NCBI GenBank assembly: GCA_013265495.1
Contig: MU058781.1
Location: forward strand, 1,406,963-1,470,962
Length of the DNA: 64,000 nt
Reading direction: 5' to 3'
Origin: Vicugna vicugna
Taxonomy: Eukaryota
Shown here: positions 50,601 through 62,830 of the stretch, piece after piece
How the letters are laid out: every line of letters begins with the position of its first letter
How positions within the stretch are numbered: the stretch's first letter is position 1
Made by a program: the position numbers and the translations under genes
The notes under the pieces: generated by a model
What the model was told of the DNA's origin: nothing
Database searches by the model: none
Seen by the model: only the letters and a program-made list of their open reading frames with translations

Positions 50601-53037
50601 TCTCATTTCCACGACCTTCACGTGACACTTTGTTTCATCTGCCACCTTGACTTCTTCTCCATAAAATTGGAACAAGGATGTCTTTCATTCACTGAACGAC
50701 CAATAAATTAACTGATTGAAGCAATTTACTTAGCATTTAGTAGGAAGTTAGCCAAAGTTACTTTTCTTTTCCTTTCCCCCTTTTTACCTTCCTCAAATTA
50801 AAGCACAGGGGACTGGACACAACCTAACCTTTCCTGAGTGGTACTTGGTCCTGGTGATGAGTATCTGTTGCTGTTTCTTTTCTCGCCTGGGGTGTGGGAA
50901 GGCAGAGATGAGACGCTTCAGAAATCTCCTCACAATGTTGAGTCTGGACATAAAAAGGCAGCAACTGCTGCCTCCGCCTTTCCCCAAAGACTAAGAAAAC
51001 TCCCATTTTTAGGAGTCATTTCTGTTTAGGAATCCCAAGAGAATCTGGACCCATGCCTTCCTCTGAATGACACAGAGATGAATTGCACCTAGTGGCCCTA
51101 AAGGTAGGGCCACCACTAAACCACAAATGGGATGGAGATGTGGGTCAGAGCATCAGCATCCTCTCTAGAATGTCTGAGCCGATACATCTGTTCTCACAGG
51201 GTAGCATTGGAGGTACCTGTTCCTTGCTTTCTGCTTTGGATGGCTTTGCTATTTCATGTCTCTATTTTTTTTAATGAAATGTTTTGCCTTTATTTACAGA
51301 ATATAGTGAATGTCATGAAATTTCTCTTTTCTTTCCATAACTGATTATTTTTAATGAGAATCTATGAGTCACTGAAATCTCGTTCTGTAGAAACACATGC
51401 TCCATGTAAGTAAAATCTGTTTCCTGAGTACAACATAAAGTAAAACAGAATTTCTTTTTAAAGAAGATTTTCTGTTACTGAGTTGACAACATTACATTTT
51501 GACCAAAAGGGTATGAATTTAAAAGCATTCTTTTTCATGATGGAGCTTCAGTTAATTCATAAGACATTTCAGTGCCACAAAATCAGCACCATAATTTCAA
51601 TCTGACGATACATTAGAAAGAAAATGAAGAAATTCTATGTTGTGAAGCTAGATCTGATGCAAAATTTGCCTGGCCCCTTTATTACTAACATGTTTTCTCC
51701 TGGCCTGTGTGTCTCAACAGCAGAAGACATTCATTGTTCTTCCCTGGAATGGTGCATTTGTCCTGTTTATTTTTCAAATGATTGTTGGCATAATTCGCAC
51801 CGAGTAGAGTTGGGAACTTGGCCCGGGGGTTTCCATCCCTTTGCCTGCCCTCCCTCCCTCCCTCTCCCCCAGTTAATCGGAGCTGCTCAGACCGGGTGTG
51901 AGATGGGGTGATGGTCCTTCCTTTCCTGGCTCTTAGGAGGATTCTTGGTTAGTGCCTGCTCCCTGGGCATCTCCTGAGGCATCCACAGGAAATGAAACAG
52001 GGGCTGGATCTGTGCTGAGGCGTCGTGCAAGAGTCAGTGGTTCACAACAATCGGATGTAAGGTGTGTCCCCAATGGGAACTGTGTTATTAAAACACTCAC
52101 ACAGACTGAGTGCCCTTAAGATCATCCTGACCTCACTTGCATCCTGAAGCATCTTGTTTAGAGAGAGAGAAAGGGGCGAAGCTACAAAGAGAGGCAGCAC
52201 GTGAGTGTCTCTTGGCTGTCCCTGGCAGCCCCTGTGGTGACAGTCACTTGCCGGGTTGATGTGAACTCTCCTGCCCCCGGGGCTCTCAGTCCATTATGGC
52301 CATGAGTCTGGGGACTGGCTCTCTTCCTCTTTCCTCCATCAAGCTTCTTTCCCTTCCACATCATCTTGGATTTGCCTCTGTGGACACCTGCCAGCTTCCC
52401 TCTGTGTCAGAGCTTTTCTATTGAAAGACACTCTGCTAAGTGGAAACAGCTTTCATTGCTTCGTGGGTATCTCCAAGAGAACTCGCTCTCTCTGAGGGAA
52501 GCCGTAAAAACCCTGGATCACCCGTGACTGGGGTTTGTGGGGAGGATGCTGGGAAATGGCAGGATGTGGCATGAACAGAGTCACGCTGGCCGAGCAGAGG
52601 CAACTTGCAGGGGACAGCGCTCCAACATCCTACCAAGAGCCACACCTGGGCCTCACATGGGCACTTTGCTTTTGCAAGGATCCTATGGGCGAAGAGTCCC
52701 TCTGAATATTTTGACAAGATGAAGCCTTAATCCAAATAACAGAAACTTGGTGGTGAAACTTAAAAGTGTTTCAAGTAGAAAAAGGAAACTTTTTCTTCTT
52801 TCATAAAAAATATATTTAACTTCATTACACATATATACACAAATAATGCATAATGCTGCTTCAGTGCATCAAGTGATCAGATTTGTCCCTCCCCCCTTGT
52901 TTTTACTTGGTTACTTGGCTACTCGGTTACTCCTTCTCCACTTTCTCTTTCTAGCCACATTAACTTTCCCTCCATCCTCAGCCCCTCAAGGTAGCCCATG
53001 TAACTTCTATATAGCCTGCCATGTTTTTCATCATAAA

Positions 53038-53401
53038 TGTGATAGTTAGTTTTGTGTGTCAGCTTGGGTAGCTTACAGGACCCAGTTATTTAACTAAACA
53101 TAGTCTAAGTGTTGCTGTTAAGATATTTTTGTAGATGAAGTTAACATCTGCCATCAGTTGACTTCAAGTAAAGGAGATTGCCCTCAATAATGTGGTGGGC
53201 CACATCCAATCAGTTGAACGCCTCAAGAGCAAAAACTGAGGTCCCCCGAGGAAGAGGAAATTCTCCTCAAGACAGTAACATAAAAATTCTGTCTGGGTTT
53301 CTAGACTGCCAGAATGCCCTACAGGTTTCAGGCTTGTCATCCCCTACAGCTGCATGAGCCAATACCTTAAAATAAATCTCTGAAGAACCCTGGTTGATAC
53401 A
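53038..53401 (+). mobile_element. MLT2-type ERVL LTR
   Basis: TGTGATAGTTAGTTTTGTGTGTCAGCTTG...GGGCCACATCCAATCAGTTGAA...GAGCCAATACCTTAAAATAAATCTC...GATACA. Confidence 0.9.
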
Positions 53402-54535
53402 GTACTCATGGAATCATATATACACATTGTCTTTTTTTTAATTTACAAAAATGGAATCATATTGTAAATGTGTTACTTCACCTTGCCTTTTCTCATCAGC
53501 GTTTAGAAGGCTGCTTACTACTCCATGGAGTGCGTGTGAAACAGGAATCATAGCTCATTTACTCATTCCCCTACTCATAGAAAATCACTCTGGTGTTTCA
53601 TTTCCCGCTATGAACGATGCTACAACAAATATCCTTGTTTGTGCATGTGTATGTGTACATACGTAAAATATCCACGTGTGTGTGTACGTGTCTAGGTAGA
53701 TGTGTAAAATCTGATGGAGGGGCCAGGGTCTTTGGCCCCCACCTTAACCAGAGACCCAAGGTCTGTGCCCATGTGTAGATGAAATGGGGGAGACTTTTCG
53801 GAGACTCCTTGACACAGGTGCCCAATGCACTGTGAGTTTGACATCTGTGGGTGAGGTCTTAATGGGGGCTGAGTTTAGATTGGGAAGATGGGGATGCAAT
53901 AGTGGATGGGATTAAGTTGAAAGTTTGAATGAAAATGGGAATTTTCAAACCGATCTTACGTGAGGTGGTCATGGCTCCTTTCCTATTGGGATGGTTGTTA
54001 CATCCTCCTGGGCGTCGCCTCTCCTACCTAATTTTGTGGAACAGAAGGCATGTAAGTTCACCTTCAGGCCAGTCTTGATTGGACATGCTCAATGGGGACC
54101 ACGAGAATCGCTGAGCCCACACAGTGGTTAATTTAAATCAACTACTCTTCTTTAGTTATTTCATTAAATAGCTTTGACAATGCATTTTAACCCCCAACTG
54201 AATCTGTGGACGTGGTATACTAATTCTAACCTGGAAATAAGCGCAGGTTTGTAATAGCTTGCAAAAATTAGCATATTTTATGTCTGATCACCTCGAATAT
54301 ATGTATATGCAAATTGAAGGTAACTAAAATATGAAGCTGTAATTAACACTCAAAAAAAATGAAGGAAAACAATATAGAATACCTGGTTGGAAAAAAGAGA
54401 TTACCACTTTAATTAATGACATGCTAGACCCTGGAGCGCCAGTACCGATGAATTCTCTGCACAGGGATCCTATGTGTCCCGTGAAAAAGGCAGATCACTC
54501 ACAAAGATTGACAGTCGGCTGTCAAATCAATGAAG

Positions 54536-55345
54536 CTCTACCGTATAGCACAGGGAATTATATTCAATTCTTGTATTAGCCTAGAATATAAAAGAATATG
54601 AAAAAGAATATATAAAAAAATAACTGCTGCGTCCAGCGCAGCTCGGGACCATGTCTGAGGACGGGTGACACAAGACTTAAGAAACAAAGAGACAAAGTAA
54701 AGAGCAAAGATGGGACCGGGGACTCAAGATCTCGTGGCTCGAGAGTGCCAAAAGCCTGGTCGACATCATGTTTATTAGGAGAGTTCAGCTTCAGAAAAAC
54801 TTGTGATCAAAGAGCTGAGGCTCTAGATATGCCATGCGATAAGCACTAGGTTCTGCTTGCTGAGAGACTGATTAAGTCCAAGCCTCTCCCCTCCAGGAAC
54901 AATCACCCTCCTCGGGGTATTTTAGACTTAGGAGTCTACCCTGTGATTGCCTCCAGGACATCTCGAGATAGCAAACATTTCCCTTGGGTTAAACAGCGTG
55001 CTTTCATGCCAGAACAAAGTTCTGTTAATGGGTGGCCGGCTTTCCAGGACCATCTATTGTTTACCTTCAGGAAACATATGCCCTCCTTCACGCCCATAAG
55101 GTCAATCCCAGGGCTGCTTATCACAAATTTTCTTTAGCATAATACGGGCTATAGGTCACCTACTGCATAAAACATTAAAAACAAAGCAGGCATGTGGATT
55201 TTAAGCAAGCAAGTGTGAATACAAGGTTTTAAGCTCATGGAAATCTAGGTGTGGCTTGTTTTCTAGCCGCTTGTTGTCCAGCAGCTTGTTTCCCGGAAAA
55301 TAACTGAATCACTGTGCTGCTCACCAGAAATTAACATTGTAAACT
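54536..55345 (+). mobile_element. Short camelid/artiodactyl L1 3' end, split by an LTR
   Basis: TATAGCACAGGGAATTATATTCAA...AATAAC | TGAATCACTGTGCTG...CTGACTATACTTC plus a 9-A tail. Confidence 0.85.
54625..55298 (-). mobile_element. ERV-K/betaretrovirus-like solo LTR (674 bp)
   Basis: Exact 6-bp TSD AATAAC (54619-54624 and 55299-55304), TG at the left end, and AATAAA on the minus strand at 54771-54776. It cleanly interrupts an L1. Confidence 0.8.
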
Positions 55346-56799
55346 GACTATACTTCAAAAAAAAATAGACTACTGAGGCTTAAATAAGTTTGCGATACAC
55401 AGAGCGTCAGCTTCACCGGACAAAAAAGATACAGCAGGGCTGGGGCTCTGCTAATCTCGCGATGCCTGCTTCTCCATTTTAGTCTCAAAAAGAGCCGGCT
55501 GGAGTTGTGCAAGAAGGGTCCCAATTTGTGTTCACTGTGCCATCACAAGGCTATCTGAACTCTCCAGTTCACTGTCATAGTTCAGTTGGAAGGGATTTGG
55601 CTTTGTTGCTGGTCCCAAGGGTAAGAACAGGCTTAGTGATGACATTGCGAAAACATTGGAAACTGACCCGAATGCAGTGATGGATCACATGACTAACCGA
55701 AGCTTGTTCAAAAATCCAGCAAAGATCCGAGGACCTGCCTAAATGGTGATGTTTTGGGGAGTATCGTGGGAAGGAGCCATTCAGGATATTCCACGAGATA
55801 CTAAAAATAAACTGCTGTCACTACTCCCCCTTGGGACCCACCAAGAAGTCCAGCCTTTGGATTTTGGAGATTGCGTGTTCTACGCCTGGAAATATGCTAG
55901 CTCCTATCTGTAAGACTACCCAAAGGAAAGCTGTATGTGGGTTAGGATCTGAGCAAAAGCAGGCTGTGTCTGAATTACAAAAAGTGGTGGCTCGCTCACC
56001 ACCTTTGGGTCCTTGGTATCCCCACTCAAATACGGTTTTGGAAGTGTCTGCCTCTGCTACTTACCCAGAGCAGAACCAATGGCAAAAGCCCGTGAGCGCC
56101 TACCAGTAGTAACCAATGGGATTTTGGACAAGAAATTTTCAAGTTCAGCTTCCCGGTGCACATTATTTGAGAAACAATCACTGTTTGCTATTGAGTATTC
56201 ATTTAGATTGACTCAGTGACTGTAGGTCATCAATTAATCACGAACTCTGAAATACCCATGATGTCTTGGTGACGGCAGAGAAACAATCTAATAAGGAAGG
56301 CGGTGGTCAGAGGAATTCTATGGTAAAATGGAAATAGTTTACACAGGGGGAATGAGAGGAGGTACTCACTGTACCCATAGCAGGTGGCTTCTTTTCTCCC
56401 ATGACTGACTTTGGAACCACTTGAAGAGCTGCTGAGGCTTGTTAGCACGTGAACAGGGCTCTGCGAACACCTCTTGGCTGACCAGCAAAGAGCTGCCTGG
56501 TTTACAGATGACTATTGCAAGATGGATAAACAGTATCCTGTCTGGAACGCTCCACGCTGAAATCAGCAAGTGGGAAGACTGAGTAAAGAAAGTAAGAACA
56601 AATCAGCTCCATGGGCGAATTGCATGCTGTTTTCCGAGCAGGGATGGAGAATTGAACAATGGTGAAAGCTCCTATGTTTGGGTTTTCACTGACTCATGTG
56701 CAGTAATGTGGTCTGGCCGCTGAACAATGGAAAACTGGACTATTAAAGGGATGCCCCTGTGAGGTGTGGCCCGATGAAAACATTCAGATTTAAGAGGTA

Positions 56800-57345
56800 T
56801 GTTTTTTCCCAGCTTTACTGAGATACAGTTGACATAAAACATTGTGTATGTTTGTAAGGTGTGTGCTGTACTGATTTGATATGTACTGCAAAATGATGAT
56901 TACTGTAGCATTAGTTAACACCTCCATTGCATCAAAGAAGTACTGTTTCTTTTTTGTGCTGAGAACATTGAAGACTTCCTCTTTTAGCAACTTTCATATA
57001 TACAATAGTGTGTATTAACCACAGTCATCCTGCTCTACGTTAGACCCCAGAACTTGTGCAACTCAAAACTGGTAGCTGGTACCCTTTGTCCAATGTCACT
57101 TCCTTTCCTCCACTCCCCCAGCCTCTGGTAACCGCCATTCCACTCTCTGTTTCTGTGAGGTTGGCTTTTTGAGTTTCCACATGTAAGTGAGGTCATACGA
57201 TATTTGTTGCTCTGGGCCTGGCTTGTCTCAGTTGGCATAGGGCCCTCAAGGTCCACTATATCCTCCCCTTTGCGTATGATCTCTTTGATGCTAGCCCTGC
57301 TTATAGATGTGAGATGATACTTCGTTGTGGTTTTGGATTTCGTCG
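56800..57345 (-). mobile_element. L1MA-type 3' end
   Basis: CAGCTTTACTGAGATACAGTTGACATA...GAGTTTCCACATGTAAGTGAGGTCATAC. Confidence 0.88.
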
Positions 57346-59650
57346 TTGGGCTGTGACCTGCCATGGCAGGTCGTGGGGTTGGGAAGGCCCTGTGGCTGAC
57401 GTCTGCCTTAGACGGGTGGGGCCACAGCTCGGGGGATCTTGGGGCTGATTTCCATCCACTGGTAGGTGAAACCAGGTCCGGGGGTTAGTGTTGGCCCACT
57501 GGTGGGCAGAGTCGGGTCCCAGGGTCTCTGGCTGCAGCCGCCTGGAGGTCCATGAGTTTATATGTCCATCCGCTAGTGGGTGGGGCCAGGGCCCAAGGTT
57601 CCTGGTTAGTGAGACTGGTCCCAGGGCTAGTGCTGGCTCACTGGCGCTTGGGGCAGGGTCCTGGATCCTGTGGTTGGCAGCATCGAATCCAGGGGTGGCT
57701 AGAGGTTCAGGGGATCTGAAGGCAGCAGGTCTGCTGGTAGGTGGGGCCGTGTCTGCCCAGCCGGTTGTTTGGCCTGAGGCATCCCCGGACTAGTGCTGAC
57801 AGTCCGACCGGCAGGGCCAGTCCTGGTGCTAAGAAGCGAGAGGGAAGATTCCAAAATGGCATTTGCCAGCACCAGTGTCCTTATCCTAGAAAAAGCTTCC
57901 TCACGCGGGCTGCCGCAGTGTCTGCGTCCCCACTGTGAGCTGCAGTCGCCGCCTGCCTCTCCGGGAGGCTCTGCAAGATCAGCAGGTGGGTCTGACGCAG
58001 GCTCCTTCCAGACGACCGCTCCGCCCTGGGTCCCGGAGCGCGTGAGCTCGTGCGTGCGCCCTTTAAGAGTGGCGGCCCTGTTGCCCGCAGCCTTCTGGCT
58101 CTCCTGAAGGTAGACCCCACTGGCCTCAAAGCCACGTGTTCTGAGGGCCCGTCTTCTCGGGGCAGGATCCCTGGGCTGGGCTGCCCGAGGTGGGGCTCAG
58201 CACTGTCACTCCTCGGGGAGAGCGTCCGCAGTCATCATTATCCTGTCGTCTGCGGCTCACCTGCCTGCGGGTGTGGGTCCCCACTGTCCCGTGTCTCCGC
58301 CCCCCTCCCTGTCTCCTTGTGGTTCCTCCTCTGTATCTTCCATCATAGACGATCTCTTCTGCCAGCCTTGCAGTCTTCTCGTCAACAGCAGGTCTGTGAA
58401 TCGCTGTAATTTGGTTTGCCCGTGCGGGGAGGCGAGCTCACAGAGGGCTTCCTACTCTGCCGTCTTGGCCACTTCTGGGCAAATGTCCTGTTTGGTTCTA
58501 CTTTATGTTTTCTCTTTGCTGAACTTCTCATTTTGTTCTTGGGTTGTTTTCTGATACTGTTCTCTCTGTTTATCTGTGTTCTCTTGTAGCTCCCTGAGTG
58601 TCTGTCGACAGTTATTTTGAATTCTTTGTAAGGTAAGTCCTGGATCTCCGTCTCTTTGGGGCCAGTGACTGGAGTTTGCTGTCTTCCTTTGGTGGAGTCT
58701 CGCTCCCCTGAGTCTTCATGATCCCTGTATCCTTGCGTAGCTGTCTGCACATTTCAGAATCAGTCACCTCTTGCAGACATTATGGACTGACTTCAATAAG
58801 GGAAGACTTTCACCTACAGGTGGGGACACACTGGTGTGTGCTGTGACCCCTGGTCTCGTGGTGCAGAGAGGCAAGCGCAGAGGCCCAGGCATCTGGGGGG
58901 TGATGGGGGTGCAGTGTAATGTCTCTGCAGCTCAGGCTGCTGGGGTCCCCAGCATCAACAACTGCCTGGTCCTTGGGAAGTGCCATGGGGAATCTGCAGT
59001 GGCTATGATGACTGCTGGGGTCCTCAGTGGTCCCTCCAGGTCCGGCGGCCAGGAACCAGGGCAGGCAGTGACGGTGGCTGGAGCTGCTGCATGCACCCAC
59101 TCAGCTGCAGAGGCCAGGTGCAGGTGCCGAGTAGCAGCAGGAGCCGGCGCAGACACACAGGTGGCGGTGAAGGCCGGAGCAAGCAGCAAGGGCCGGGACC
59201 GATCGCAGGTGCACTGAGAGCTGTGGGGGCCCCGGCTGTCAGCACATGCAACCGTGGCCGCTGGGACCCATGGCGCACAGCAGTGGAGGACAGTGATGGG
59301 GGAGGGAGTGGGGAGGGACGCAGGTGGCTGGCGTCAGTGAGCAGGAATACCTGGGGTGGGGGTGAGGAAGCTGGTGCCATCTGCAGGGTCCTCCAGGCAG
59401 GGTCATCAGTTCCTTCTTCAGTGGCCAAAGCAGCTGGGTGTGTCTGTACCGCAGGTCACTGTGAACCACAGTTGCTCCCACTGTGTGCTGCCACTGGTCG
59501 CCCCGCTTCCCTTCCTTTTACTAGCCATCTCCATGACATGGCTCAGTTTTGCCATCTGAATGGGATGAAGTTGAGACAGGACCTTTGCATGGTGCCCCAG
59601 AAGGCTGGGGATGCTTGTCGCTCACCCTGCACTTCCTTTTCTGGCCAGGT
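57345..59650 (-). mobile_element. L1 5'UTR segments and ORF1 N-terminal remnant
   Basis: ORF 58382-58750(-) contains PVTGPKETEIQDLPYKEFKIT, an L1 ORF1p N-terminal signature. An L1 start-like GGCCAAGACGGCAGAGTAGG lies at ~58450-58470(-). Flanks are GC-rich and UTR-like. Confidence 0.7.
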
Positions 59651-59957
59651 GAGGGAAATCCAACTTGGTATTAAGACCCCAAATGAGGCTCAGAACAAGA
59701 GATACATACTATCTTTTAGCATGATCATACCTTCTGCCTGGAAGGGGGAAGCCATGTTTGCCGAGACCAGCCCAGCTTTTGGGACCTAAGATCCACTGGC
59801 AGCCGCCCAAGCTGAGTGGCATCGCTCTGGGGGGCATACTGGTCATAAGACATGACGATGACCTGGACTGACGGTTAAGGACTAAGCAGACTCTAGTTAA
59901 TGACTAAGTGGACATTTACTAGAGTCCATTAACTGTTGCTTCAGTTTTGACTCCAGT

Positions 59958-60065
59958 TTTTTTTGTTGCTGTATTTTTTCCCCCTCAGTGGTGATACTGG
60001 GGATTGAACCCAGGACCTCACGCCTACTAAGCATGTGCTCTACCACGAAGCTATACCCACCCCCC
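59958..60065 (-). mobile_element. Vic-1-type SINE
   Basis: ATACTGGGGATTGAACCCAGGACCTC...AGCTATACCC; TSD TTGACTCCAGT (59947-59957 and 60066-60076). Confidence 0.9.
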
Positions 60066-62280
60066 TTGACTCCAGTGTTTTGACTCCTACTTTCTAGGCT
60101 ACGTTCACTTCAAGGAATTTGGGAACGCTAGTTCCTTCCGGGACTTGCAACCATGTGGTGTACAGCTCCCAGCAGACTGATCTCTGTGTAACCATAAATC
60201 TTGATGACTTCATGCTTAGAAAGGTCCCTGGTTCTAGTGGACAAAAATGCAACGGCAGCCTGCCCAACATGCCGTTGCTGTGTGCAAACGCACATCACCC
60301 TTGTTTTCGTGGATAGAAAATGACTAAGCAGAGTAGGAGAGAACAGAGTCTGAGGAGATGATAGCAGTGAGCCCCACGTGGGGGATCCAAGTGCCCTGGG
60401 GAGCAGCCCCGCCCTGAGCCCTCTCCTTGCACGCTCAGACTAAACCACATCTACCACTCATCTGCCCTGGGGGGGCCCAACGTGTTTGGGGCAAAACAAG
60501 GGGTAACAGTGTTAGTTTCACATGATACAATTTCTATGCCCCATTCTCTCAAGGGAGAGGGTCCGATGTTTATGCTTGCTTTTTTTTTATTTTATTAAAA
60601 AATATTTAGAATCTGAATTATGAGACTTAAAATCACTATCAAGCAGAGGTCTTGTTCTTTTTCCACTGTAATGTATTTGATATGCAACATTGCGTACGTT
60701 TCAGGTGCAGAACACGGGGATTTGGTACACGTATATACTGCAATATGACTGCCACTGACGCGCTGGCTGGCGCCTCTATCCTGTCACATGGTCACCATTT
60801 CTGTGTTGTTGAGGGAATAGCAGGGTCCTGGGCCTCCAGGGATGGGCCTGGAGGGATCCACCAAACTCTCGACTTGTTTCACTTTGCACGTTTTTTAAGA
60901 CAGGGCTCACTGCTCTCCCCAGTTCTTACAGGGGTCTGAGTCTCAGAAAAGAGAAGGACCTTGCCTCATATACTGTTTGTTCCCAGGCAGGTTCTTACCC
61001 CAGGGGCTTTCTTCCACCGTGGAAGCTTTCCTTTTCCTTCCTTCCTTCCTTCAGCCATGGTGACACCAGGAGGCAGGGCCAGCTGCAGCGCGCGCCTTCC
61101 TCCCTGTTCCCTGGAGGCGCTCCGTCCTGCTGGGTCTGTTGTGGGTGATCTGTTCATCTCGTGTGGGCTGCTGAATCCCCAGGTGTCGCAGAAACCCGCG
61201 CAGCGGTGTGATCTCTGTTTACCTGCCGGCCCAAACTTGCCCAGCAGTGTCGCACCCCTTGCCAAGACAAGCCGCATGGGTGCGGTGTTTCTGTTGTGGC
61301 TTCCGTGTCGGTTATAAATCTGTTTCTCTGGGTCTGGCACTTTTCATCGTCTCTGGTATTTGTGTTTGTGGGGGTGGATTTCTATGAAAGGCAATACCGT
61401 GAAGTTTTTTACAAAGAGAAGACTCCTCTGTGCTTTTTCCCTCTGTTGTCCTCAGAAGGAGGGGAAAGGAGGGCCACAGACATTCACTGAGTCCTTAGAT
61501 GTACCAGGAGCTGGGCTGCAAGTACCTCCTCAAGTTTAATTCCTACAGGAGTCCTCTGAGGACTGTATCAGTCAGCCATGTGGAATCTCCCGCTTTAAAA
61601 AAAAGATTAGAATATTCTAGATCTTTCTTTCCCCCGTCTCAGGCTCGGTGACCCCTTTGCTGACCCCCCCCCCAGTGCTTGATCTCAGAATGAGGGGTCT
61701 GCACATGCCTGGCGGAGGTGTCCCACCTTACCTCCTGCTGTGTCCCGTCTTCCTGAGTCAGTTTCCAAGTCATGGTTTCATGTTGCTTCTGTTCTCCTGA
61801 AAGGACCCTGCCAAGGCGTGAAGCCTCTGCTACACGATGTGTTAATGAGGTGGAGAGCTTTGCTCTTTGCTGAGTCAGACAAATGTATAGAGAGGATTCC
61901 TCCAGCCACCAGCCAGAGGGCAGGGTCTGTAAATGGCACGATGCTGCCTGGAGTCAGACAGCAGCAGTCACAGGGTGTCTCCTGGAAAGGGAATGAAATG
62001 TTGGAAAAGTTTTGTGAATGATGGTTTTCCATTGATGGGAACAGTGGAAGATGCGTGTGACCAGATATGGCTCCTGACAGACACCTCTTCCCTGGGAGGA
62101 ACCAGCACTGACTGTCCCCTGGGAGGGAGCACATCCTGCTGGTGATGCTGATGCTGGGGGTGGGGGTGGTGATGGGGAGAAGCATTTGTCCAGGGCTTCC
62201 TCTGTGCCCGGCTCTGCTCTGAATGCACAGCGGCATGCATTCCCATGATGGTTTAGGGAGGTCGGCACTGTTTTGGTCCT

Positions 62281-62592
62281 TGCCTTGGTCTGCTTGAGCT
62301 GCTGTGACCCCCGACTGCGTGGCCCCAGCAACAGAAATGTACTTGCTCAGCGTGTTGGAGGCATGAAGTCCAAGATCAAGGCGGCAGCAGGACTGGTCCC
62401 TGGGGCCTTTTCCCTGTGCACGCACACGCTCGGTGTCTCTTGCTCTTCTTTTAAGGAAACCAGTCATACTGGTTAGAGCCACATCCTTATGACCTCATTC
62501 GCCTTCAGTATCTCTTTAGAGGTCCTGTCTTCAAATACAGTCACACTGGGAGTGAGCCATGAATTTGAGGGGGAACACAATTTAATCCATCG
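62281..62592 (-). mobile_element. MLT1A/B-type MaLR LTR
   Basis: GAAGTCCAAGATCAAGG...CTTATGACCTCATT...CAAATACAGTCACACT...ATGAATTTGAGGGGGAACACAATT. Confidence 0.85.
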
Positions 62593-62816
62593 TGGTCCTT
62601 CTCTGAGGGGTGACGGAACTAAGACTGAGAGAGGGTGTACCCCTTGCCCGAGATCACGGTGAAGACATAAAAGAGCAAGGATTTGAAACCGATTTTTTTT
62701 TTTTTTATGGTCCTCAAAACTGAACACCCTCGGCCAGCGCGCCACAGCGCCGCAGGCGCGAGGCCGGCGCGGGGCGGGCGGGGGCGTCAGGAGCGGCTCC
62801 GCGGACAGGCGGAGTG

Positions 62817-62830
62817 CTGCCCTCTAGTGG
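62817..62830 (-). promoter_or_regulatory. CTCF motif in a small CpG patch
   Basis: CCACTAGAGGGCAG on the minus strand. Confidence 0.65.

Larger units (their letters stand above)
53715..56790 (+). mobile_element. Decayed ERVL (class III) protease-RT-RNase H region, interrupted by later insertions
   Basis: Ordered motifs across stops and frameshifts: TFRRLLDTGAQCT (~53793-53831), KQYRIPG, PVKKAD..RLTV / DY*GLNK, QFVFTVPSQGYLNSP, SDDI, NPAKIRGP, FGFWR, PLGPWYP..VLEVS (ORF 55831-56109), FEKQ, AWFTD, VFTDS. Confidence 0.88.

Noticed and set aside
58980..59789. 269-aa ORF, the longest in the window
   Set aside because: It lies antisense in GC-rich L1 5'UTR-like sequence, crosses a repeat boundary and has no recognisable domain.
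61910..61923. Plus-strand CTCF-like CAGCCAGAGGGCAG
   Set aside because: Mismatches at the conserved 5' CC(A/G) positions of the core.
61778..62482. 234-aa minus-strand ORF
   Set aside because: It starts inside an MLT1 LTR and has no recognisable protein features.
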